Assembly (NCBI RefSeq): GCF_036675845.1 | Contig: NZ_JAKFED010000183.1 | Location: 15,716-79,715, forward strand | Origin: Bosea sp. (in: a-proteobacteria) | Lineage (GTDB): Bacteria > Pseudomonadota > Alphaproteobacteria > Rhizobiales > Beijerinckiaceae | Direction: 5' to 3' | DNA: 64,000 bases | Part shown: positions 57,650 through 64,000 of the stretch, piece by piece | How positions within the stretch are numbered: position 1 is the stretch's first letter | Layout of the letters: the number at the start of each line of letters is the position of its first letter | The notes under the pieces: generated by a model | Seen by the model: the letters and a program-made list of their open reading frames with translations, nothing else | Databases searched by the model: none | What the model was told of the DNA's origin: nothing | Made by a program: the position numbers and the translations under genes

Positions 57650-58894
57650 TCAAGCGGCGGTCACGATCAGGCGCTCGAGCGCCTTCGCCACGGCGATCAC
57701 CTGCGCATCGGCGCCGAAGCGGCCGACGAGCTGGAACGAGACCGGCAGACCACGCGGGCCGCGCAGCAGCGGCACGGTCAGGCACGGCGTCCCGAGCAGG
57801 GTCCAGAGCCGGTTGAACTTCGAATCGCCGGTCGAGGCGAGCGTCGCCGGCGCCTCGCCGGGGGCCGCATAGGTCAGCAGGACATCGACTTCGCCGAGCC
57901 AGCTTTCGGCGGCATGGCGCCCGCGCCGCGACTGGCGCCGGGCCTCGTCATACTGCGCCGGCGTCGTTTTCCGCGCCTCGTCGAGATAGGCGCGCAGCTT
58001 GGGCGACAAGGCCTCGCGATGATTGGCGTATTCCCAGGCCAGCGCCTGCGTCGCCTCCCAATCCTGCAAGGGCCCGTGCGCCTTGAAGGCGTCGGCGAGC
58101 TCGGTCGGCGCCGCCCGCTCGATCACGCTCGCCCCGGCCTGCCGCGCCAGAGCAGCGATGCGCTGCAGGGCTTCCTCGCAGGCCGGTTCCGGCGCCTCGG
58201 TGAATTCCTGCCGGGCGAGGCCGAGCCTGAGCCCCTGCAGCGGCGCTGCCGCGGCGTCGAGCTCCGCCCGGCCGGTCAGCGCCGCCAGCGCGAAGCCGAG
58301 ATCGTCGGCGCTGCCCGCCATCAGGCCGAGCGTATCGAGCGACCAGGAGAACGGCTTGACGCCGACGGTCGGCAGCAGAGCGTAGGAAGGCTTGATCGCC
58401 GCTGCGCCGCAATAGGCCGCGGGGCGGATCACCGAGCCGCCGGTCTGCGTGCCGATGGCCAGCGGGACCATGCCGGCCGCGACGGCTGCCGCCGAGCCGG
58501 CCGAGGAGCCGCCCGGGCTCGCGCTCGGATCATGCGGGTTGCGGGTCGGCGCCGGGTCGAGGAAGGCGAAGGCGGTGCTCTGCGTCTTGCCCGCGACGGT
58601 CGCGCCCGCCGCCTTCAGCGCCATGACGATCGCCGCATCGGCGCGCGGCTGCCAGCCTTCATAGATCGTCGAGCCCATGCCGGTCGGCAATTCGGCCGTG
58701 TCGATGATGTCCTTGACGCCGCAGGCGATGCCGGCGAGCGGGCCGGCGCCCGGCTTCAGCGCGTCGGGGCGGCTGGCGAAGGCGTGCAACTCGCCGTCGC
58801 GCGCCGCGATTCGCTGCTCGCTTTCAGCCAGGGCGGCCTGGGCCGTGATCTCGCCATTGGCGACGCGGCGGGCAATCTCGCGAACCGAAAGCAT
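57650..58894 (-). CDS. Amidase signature family protein
   Basis: GVKDIID and PGGSSAGSAAAVAAG..GTQTGGSVIRPAAYCG. Confidence 0.94.
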   Translation of the reverse strand: MLSVREIARRVANGEITAQAALAESEQRIAARDGELHAFASRPDALKPGAGPLAGIACGVKDIIDTAELPTGMGSTIYEGWQPRADAAIVMALKAAGATVAGKTQSTAFAFLDPAPTRNPHDPSASPGGSSAGSAAAVAAGMVPLAIGTQTGGSVIRPAAYCGAAAIKPSYALLPTVGVKPFSWSLDTLGLMAGSADDLGFALAALTGRAELDAAAAPLQGLRLGLARQEFTEAPEPACEEALQRIAALARQAGASVIERAAPTELADAFKAHGPLQDWEATQALAWEYANHREALSPKLRAYLDEARKTTPAQYDEARRQSRRGRHAAESWLGEVDVLLTYAAPGEAPATLASTGDSKFNRLWTLLGTPCLTVPLLRGPRGLPVSFQLVGRFGADAQVIAVAKALERLIVTAA

Positions 58895-59061
58895 GGAAGC
58901 GTTCCTGTGGCATGGCGGCCGCAGGATCGGGCCGGACGGGGCCATGCTGGCATGAAGCCGCCGCCCTGCGGTAGCCGGCCGATCGCGACCGCAGGGCGGC
59001 GCCGGCGCATGCCTGTCGCAGCGCCAGCGGCCGCTGGATGGCGGCGCTCAGGCAGAAGCCT

Positions 59062-59844
59062 TCAATAGCTCGCCCGCCCGCCCGACAGATCGAAGATGCC
59101 GCCGGTCGAGAAGGAGCATTCGTCGGAGGAAAGCCAGAGCACCATGCGGGCGACCTCCTCGACCTCGACGAAGCGCCCCATCGGGATGCGCGAGAGGATC
59201 TCGGCCCGGCGCTCGGCCGAGATCTCCTTGGCCATCGCCGTCTCGGCGGCCGAGGGCGTCACCGCCGTGACCATGATGCCGTCCGTCGCGGCGTCGCGGG
59301 CAACGCTCTTGGTCAGCGCGATCATCCCGGCCTTGGAGGCGGAATAGGCGCCGGCCATGGCCATGCCCTCCTTGCCCTGGATCGAGGCGATGTTGACGAC
59401 ATGGCCGCGCAGGGGGTGGCCGCCGGCACTCGAAGCCCGCGGCGGCTGCCGGCGCATCAAGCCGACCACCGAGCGCATCACCAGATAGGCGCCGAACAGG
59501 TTGACCTGGAGCACGCGCTGGAAATTGTCGGGCGAGGTTTCCCAGATTGGCTTCACCTCGCCGAGCACGCCGGCATTGTTGACCAGGATGTCGATGCGGC
59601 CATGGCTGGCGAAAGCCGCCTGCGCCGCCTCCTCGACCGCGCCCGCCACCCGGATGTCGAGCTGCCGGCGGCCGACGCGCCGGCCGAGATCGACCACGGC
59701 TTCGGTCAGCGCCGTACCATCCTGGTCCCAGAGCTCGACGCTGGCGCCGGCCGCGAGCAGCGCCCGGGCAATGCCGCGGCCAAGCCCGCCGGCGCCGCCG
59801 GTGACGATGGCGAAGCGGCCGGAGAGATCGTAACGCGCGCTCAT
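59062..59844 (-). CDS. SDR family oxidoreductase
   Basis: TGGAGGLG, NNAG, NIAS and YSASK. Confidence 0.94.
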   Translation of the reverse strand: MSARYDLSGRFAIVTGGAGGLGRGIARALLAAGASVELWDQDGTALTEAVVDLGRRVGRRQLDIRVAGAVEEAAQAAFASHGRIDILVNNAGVLGEVKPIWETSPDNFQRVLQVNLFGAYLVMRSVVGLMRRQPPRASSAGGHPLRGHVVNIASIQGKEGMAMAGAYSASKAGMIALTKSVARDAATDGIMVTAVTPSAAETAMAKEISAERRAEILSRIPMGRFVEVEEVARMVLWLSSDECSFSTGGIFDLSGGRASY

Positions 59845-60542
59845 CAGCCGGCACTCCATTGCGTTCTGGTGCGGGTGATCTGGTGGCGATAGAAGCCGAG
59901 CGTGAACGGCCCCTCGCCGCCCAGCGCCGCCAGCCTGTCGCCGCCGAGCCCGGCCCTGGCAAGCGCGACGAAATCGGCCTCGTCGCCCCAGCCCTCCAGC
60001 AGCAGTACCCAGCGCGGCACCGCATTGGCGACGCCGCGCGCCTTCTGCTCGGCGGTGGCGACGCCGCTCGCCTCTGCATCCGCCGTCAGCAGGTGCACAC
60101 CAGCGACGCCGGGCTTGGCCAGCAGGTCCGGGATGAGGCCGCGCAGCAGGGAGGCCTTGTGGCTGGCGGCCTGCTCGTCGGGAACATCGTAGCGCAAGGT
60201 CGCGATCATACCGCCCTGGGCCGGACCGGCGGTATGGGCGACGCGGCAGATCGAGCGCGCGACGGCGCGGAAATGCTGCACCGCCGACAAGGTCCAGGGC
60301 GTCGGAGCGTTGACGCGGGCGGCGTAGTCCTGGCCCTTCAGCACCTCGACGGTCTGCGCCTCGTAGAGGTTGAAGAATTCGAGATCGGCCTCGATCGCGA
60401 CATAGCGCCGGCCGCGCAGGAAGCCGGGAATGCCGACCCGCTCCGGCATGTGCTCCTGCCCATGCCAGGCATAGAAATCCGCCCTGCCCTCCGGCGCGAT
60501 GTCGTGCCAGATCGCAACCGCCCCCTCACCCGCCAGGCTCAT
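59844..60542 (-). CDS. Dimeric alpha/beta-barrel protein (DUF4286/EthD-like)
   Basis: DFYAWHGQEHMPERVGIPGFLRGRRY and a second similar half (PGVAGVHL). Confidence 0.7.
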   Translation of the reverse strand: MSLAGEGAVAIWHDIAPEGRADFYAWHGQEHMPERVGIPGFLRGRRYVAIEADLEFFNLYEAQTVEVLKGQDYAARVNAPTPWTLSAVQHFRAVARSICRVAHTAGPAQGGMIATLRYDVPDEQAASHKASLLRGLIPDLLAKPGVAGVHLLTADAEASGVATAEQKARGVANAVPRWVLLLEGWGDEADFVALARAGLGGDRLAALGGEGPFTLGFYRHQITRTRTQWSAG

Positions 60543-60614
60543 CGTTCCTCCGTCAGGCTCGTGCGAGGCGCGTTGACTCGGCCTCGAGCGACCTCTATAC
60601 GAAAATCAAATCCA

Positions 60615-60635
60615 AATTGGAAATCATTTCCAATT
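60615..60635. promoter_or_regulatory. Perfect 10-1-10 palindrome, probable IclR operator
   Basis: AATTGGAAAT-C-ATTTCCAATT between the divergent genes. Confidence 0.8.
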
Positions 60636-60659
60636 ATAACGCATGAGGGGACGGAACGA

Positions 60660-61508
60660 GTGACGATCGCGGCAGTCGAGCGCGCATTGAAGATGCTGGA
60701 AGCGCTGGCGGGCGAGCCCGAAGGCGCCGATCTCAGCCTGCTCGCCGAACGCCTCGACCTGCCGGTCAGCGCGACCCACCGGCTGCTGGCGACCTTGGCC
60801 GAGCGCGGGCTCGTAGCGCAGGATGCGAGCTCCGGCGCCTATGGCCTGACGCTGAAGCTGGCGCAGCTCGCCTTCCGCAATCTCGATCTGCGCGGCCTGC
60901 CCGATGCCGGCCAGATCGTGCTCGATGAACTGGCGCGTACGACCCGCGAATATTGCCGCCTCGCCGTGGTCGAGGGCGAGAACCTGGTCTGGATCGCCCG
61001 GGCCCAGGGCGCGACGGCCGGCCTGCGCTACGAGCCGCCGATGGGCACCGAGATCGTCCTGCACGCCACCGCGACCGGCAAGGCCTGGCTCGCCAGCCTG
61101 CCCGAGGCCGAGGCGCTGCGCATCGTCTGCGCCCGCGGCTTCAAGGCCGAAGGGCGTACCGGGCCGAATGCGCTCGGCGACGTCGATGCGCTGCGTGCCC
61201 ATCTCGACGAGACCCGCCGGCGCGGCTTCGCGCTCGCCGTCGAGGAGGGTGAGATCGGCACGGTCGCGATGGCGGCGACCTTCCGCGCCAGCCCGGAAGC
61301 CGAGGCCGACGTCGCCGGCACGCTGAGCGTCGCCGGCCCGCTGCAGCGCATGCAGGAGGCGCGGCGCGAGGAGATCGCCGAGGCCCTGCAGCATGCCGCG
61401 CAGGCGATGGCCGAGATCTGGCCGCTGCGACGCCGGCAGATCGCGCCGGCAGGCGAGCAGGCGCCGCGCCTGCGCGCCGCGGCGCCGGCCGCGAGGGCTT
61501 CGGCATGA
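60660..61508 (+). CDS. IclR family transcriptional regulator
   Basis: AVERALKMLEAL..LPVSATHRLLATL and LHATATGKAWLA; GTG start with GAGGGG RBS. Confidence 0.93.
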   Translation: MTIAAVERALKMLEALAGEPEGADLSLLAERLDLPVSATHRLLATLAERGLVAQDASSGAYGLTLKLAQLAFRNLDLRGLPDAGQIVLDELARTTREYCRLAVVEGENLVWIARAQGATAGLRYEPPMGTEIVLHATATGKAWLASLPEAEALRIVCARGFKAEGRTGPNALGDVDALRAHLDETRRRGFALAVEEGEIGTVAMAATFRASPEAEADVAGTLSVAGPLQRMQEARREEIAEALQHAAQAMAEIWPLRRRQIAPAGEQAPRLRAAAPAARASA

Positions 61509-62317
61509 GCCAGGATAGCGCCAGCACCCATCCCGCTCCGGCGGCGCTCGGCAGCGGCCAGACGCGCGCCTGGATCTCGGCCATCGCCTGGCCGCTCGCC
61601 AGCTTCGCCCTGCTGCTGCTCGCCTGGCAGTGGTTCGTGCCGATGGCCGGCATCCCGGAATACATCCTCCCGGTTCCGAGCGCCTTCTTCGAGCGGCTCT
61701 GGATCGACCGGGCGCTGATCTTCCAGCACACGCTGGTGACGGCCAACGAGATCGTGCTCGGCTTCCTGATGGCCGCGGTGATCTCGATCCCGCTCGGCTA
61801 TGTCATCGTCTCGGTGAAGCTGCTCGAGAAGGCGATCTACCCGGTCATCGTCTTCTTCCAGCTCGTGCCGAAGATCGCGATCGCTCCGCTCTTCGTGGTC
61901 TGGTTCGGCTTCGGCCTGTTCCCGAAGGTGCTGCTGACCTTCCTGCTCTGCTTCTTCCCGACGCTGGTCGCCAGCATGACCGGCTTTAGGGCGCTCGACG
62001 AGCGCGTGCTCTATCTCACCCGCTCAATGGGCGCCTCGGCCTGGCAGACCTTCCGCTATGTCCGGGTGCCGGCGGCGCTGGCCTATATCTTCTCGGGGCT
62101 GAAGGTCTCGGCGGTGTTCGCCGCAACCGGCGCGATCGTCGGCGAGTTCGTCGGCGCCAATGCGGGGCTCGGCTACCTCTTGCTGCGTGGCACCAGCTTC
62201 CTCGACATGCCGCTGATCTTCGCCTGCCTGGTGGCGCTCAGCTTCGTCGGCATCCTGTTCAGCTATCTCGTCGACGGGCTCGAGGTGCTGCTGATGCCAT
62301 GGCAGCGCAAGAGTTGA
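61505..62317 (+). CDS. NitT/TauT family ABC permease
   Basis: PKIAIAPLFVVWFGFG and GAIVGEFVGANAGLGYL. Confidence 0.93.
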   Translation: MSQDSASTHPAPAALGSGQTRAWISAIAWPLASFALLLLAWQWFVPMAGIPEYILPVPSAFFERLWIDRALIFQHTLVTANEIVLGFLMAAVISIPLGYVIVSVKLLEKAIYPVIVFFQLVPKIAIAPLFVVWFGFGLFPKVLLTFLLCFFPTLVASMTGFRALDERVLYLTRSMGASAWQTFRYVRVPAALAYIFSGLKVSAVFAATGAIVGEFVGANAGLGYLLLRGTSFLDMPLIFACLVALSFVGILFSYLVDGLEVLLMPWQRKS

Positions 62318-62374
62318 AGACCGCTAATTCGACCATCAATCCGGGCAAACCGGAACCACAGGGAGGACAGGACC

Positions 62375-63367
62375 ATGCTGAGAAGGACATTGCTCACCGC
62401 CGCCGCCATGCTGGCACTCGGCGCGACCGGCGCGCTCGCCCAGGCCGGCGGCAAGCCGATGAAGATCACGCTGAACTTCCTCGCCGCCGCCCCCAATGCC
62501 GGCTTCATGCTGGCCAAGCAGATGGGGCTCTATGAGAAGGCCGGGATCAACCTGACCATCGAGGAGGGCAAGGGTTCCGGCACCACGGCGCAGATGGTCG
62601 CCACCGGCCAGACCGATGTCGGCTTCGCCGATGCGCCGGCCGCCATGCAGCTGCGCACCAAGGGCGCGCCGGTGAAGATCATCGCGCCGGTGCTGCAGAC
62701 CAATGGCTTCGCCATCATCTCGCTCGAGGAGAGCGGCATCGCCTCGCCAAAGGACCTGGTCGGCAAGAAGCTCGCGGTCCAGCCCGGCACGGCGCAGACC
62801 ATTCTGCTCGACGCCATCCTCGCCTCCAACCAGATCGACAAGACGAAGGTCGACATCATCAACATCGACCCCGGCGCCTTCGTCGGCGCGCTGCTCGAGA
62901 AGAAGGTCGACGCCATTCTCGGCGGCGCCGACTTCCATTCGATCCAGATCCGCGAGCGCGGCTTCAAGGTCCGCGACCTGTTCTATCGCGACATCGGGGT
63001 GCCGACGGTCGGCCTGTCGATCATCGCCCGCGACGACAAGATCAAGGCCGATGCCGAGCTCTACAAGAAGTTCGTCGAGGCGAGCCTCCAGGGCTGGGAC
63101 GCCGCCCGCAAGAATCCCGAGGCCGCCGCCGACGCCGTCATCGCGCAGTTCCCCTCGGTGAAGAAGGCGCAGGTGATGGGGCAGTTCGAGGTCGTCAACA
63201 AGCTGCTCTGCGCGCCGGGCGCGACCTCGCTCGGCAAGGTGCCGGAGAAGAACTGGAATGTGAGCTTCGAGCTGCTGACGCAGTATCTCGGCCTGCCCAA
63301 GGACAAGCCGATCACCGACTATTACACGACCGAGCTGCTGCCGGCCGCGGCGCCGGCCTGCCCGTAG
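62375..63367 (+). CDS. ABC substrate-binding protein (NMT1/THI5-like)
   Basis: Signal peptide; GLYEKAGINLTIEEGKGSG and PKDLVGKKLAV. Confidence 0.9.
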   Translation: MLRRTLLTAAAMLALGATGALAQAGGKPMKITLNFLAAAPNAGFMLAKQMGLYEKAGINLTIEEGKGSGTTAQMVATGQTDVGFADAPAAMQLRTKGAPVKIIAPVLQTNGFAIISLEESGIASPKDLVGKKLAVQPGTAQTILLDAILASNQIDKTKVDIINIDPGAFVGALLEKKVDAILGGADFHSIQIRERGFKVRDLFYRDIGVPTVGLSIIARDDKIKADAELYKKFVEASLQGWDAARKNPEAAADAVIAQFPSVKKAQVMGQFEVVNKLLCAPGATSLGKVPEKNWNVSFELLTQYLGLPKDKPITDYYTTELLPAAAPACP

Positions 63368-63386
63368 TCGACGACCACCCCTGAAC

Positions 63387-63481
63387 GGTCATCCCGGCCG
63401 GAGCGCAGCGCAGGGCCGGGATCCATGCCTGAACCGTTCCGGCATGGGCCCCGGGTCTCCCTGCGGTCGCCCGGGACGACC
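63387..63481. repeat. REP-like palindromic repeat between the SBP and ATPase genes
   Basis: ggtcatcccgg..gccgggatccatgcc..ggcatgggccccggg..ccgggacgacc; similar layout to the outer element at 21965-22180. Confidence 0.75.
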
Positions 63482-63502
63482 GCGAGATTGGACGAGAAAA
63501 GC

Positions 63503-64000
63503 ATGACCGCCTCCGCCGCCTCGATCGAAGGACGTGGCATCGTCAAGAGCTTCGGCGGCTTCACCGCCGTCGACGGGCTGACACTCGACATCAGGAGCGG
63601 CGAATTCGTCAGCCTGATCGGTCCCTCCGGCTGCGGCAAGAGCACCTTCATGCTGATGGCCGCCGGGCTGATCCCGACCAGCGGCGGGGAACTGCTGGTC
63701 AACGGCAGGGAACTGACCGAGCCGCTGACCGATATCGGCATCGTCTTCCAGGACCACCTGCTGCTGGAATTCCGCACGGCGCTGGAAAACGTCATGCTCC
63801 AGGCCGAGATTCGCGGCCTGCCGCTCGGCCCGGCAAAGGAACGGGCGCTCGAGCTCTTCGCCAAGCTCGGCATCAGCCATGCGGTCGACCGCTATCCGAA
63901 GCAGCTTTCCGGCGGCATGCGCCAGCGCGTCTCGATCGCCCGGGCGCTGATCCACGACCCCTCCGTGCTGATGATGGACGAGCCCTTCGGCGCGCTCGAC
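63503..64000 (+). CDS. NitT/TauT family ABC ATPase (3' end runs off the window)
   Basis: Manual translation gives MTASAASIEG..GPSGCGKST..LSGGMRQRVSIARAL..LMMDEPFGALD. Confidence 0.93.
   Translation, partial: MTASAASIEGRGIVKSFGGFTAVDGLTLDIRSGEFVSLIGPSGCGKSTFMLMAAGLIPTSGGELLVNGRELTEPLTDIGIVFQDHLLLEFRTALENVMLQAEIRGLPLGPAKERALELFAKLGISHAVDRYPKQLSGGMRQRVSIARALIHDPSVLMMDEPFGALD

Overview
High-GC alphaproteobacterial chromosome (Hyphomicrobiales; gene content and repeat families suggest a Bosea-like organism, inferred). The housekeeping backbone comprises imuA-imuB-dnaE2, pyrF, epmB-epmA-efp, class I fumarase, ptsN-hpf-rpoN-lptBAC-rnd, dapE, truA-fmt-def, rmuC, glnD-grpE, alkB and dapB. It is interleaved with accessory transport/catabolic operons and many small secreted proteins. 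No rRNA, tRNA, CRISPR array, transposase or prophage was found. Regulatory elements read directly from the sequence are one cobalamin riboswitch, two SAM-II riboswitches, two LexA boxes, CtrA-like boxes, an RpoH-type promoter and an IclR operator. The strongest lead is an orphan lipoprotein at 40313-41023 (-). By eye it follows the bacterial gasdermin sequence pattern, but it carries a lipoprotein signal peptide, lacks the C-terminal inhibitory tail and has no partner protease. Other leads: a catalytically degenerate ABC ATPase with its own SAM-II riboswitch; a palindromic repeat translated in frame inside DnaE2; a btuB::btuC deletion fusion behind an intact B12 riboswitch; an orphan mini-Hcp; and an unannotated 27-aa membrane peptide gene with a CtrA-like box and a terminator. 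Family assignments come from motif recognition, not from database searches.
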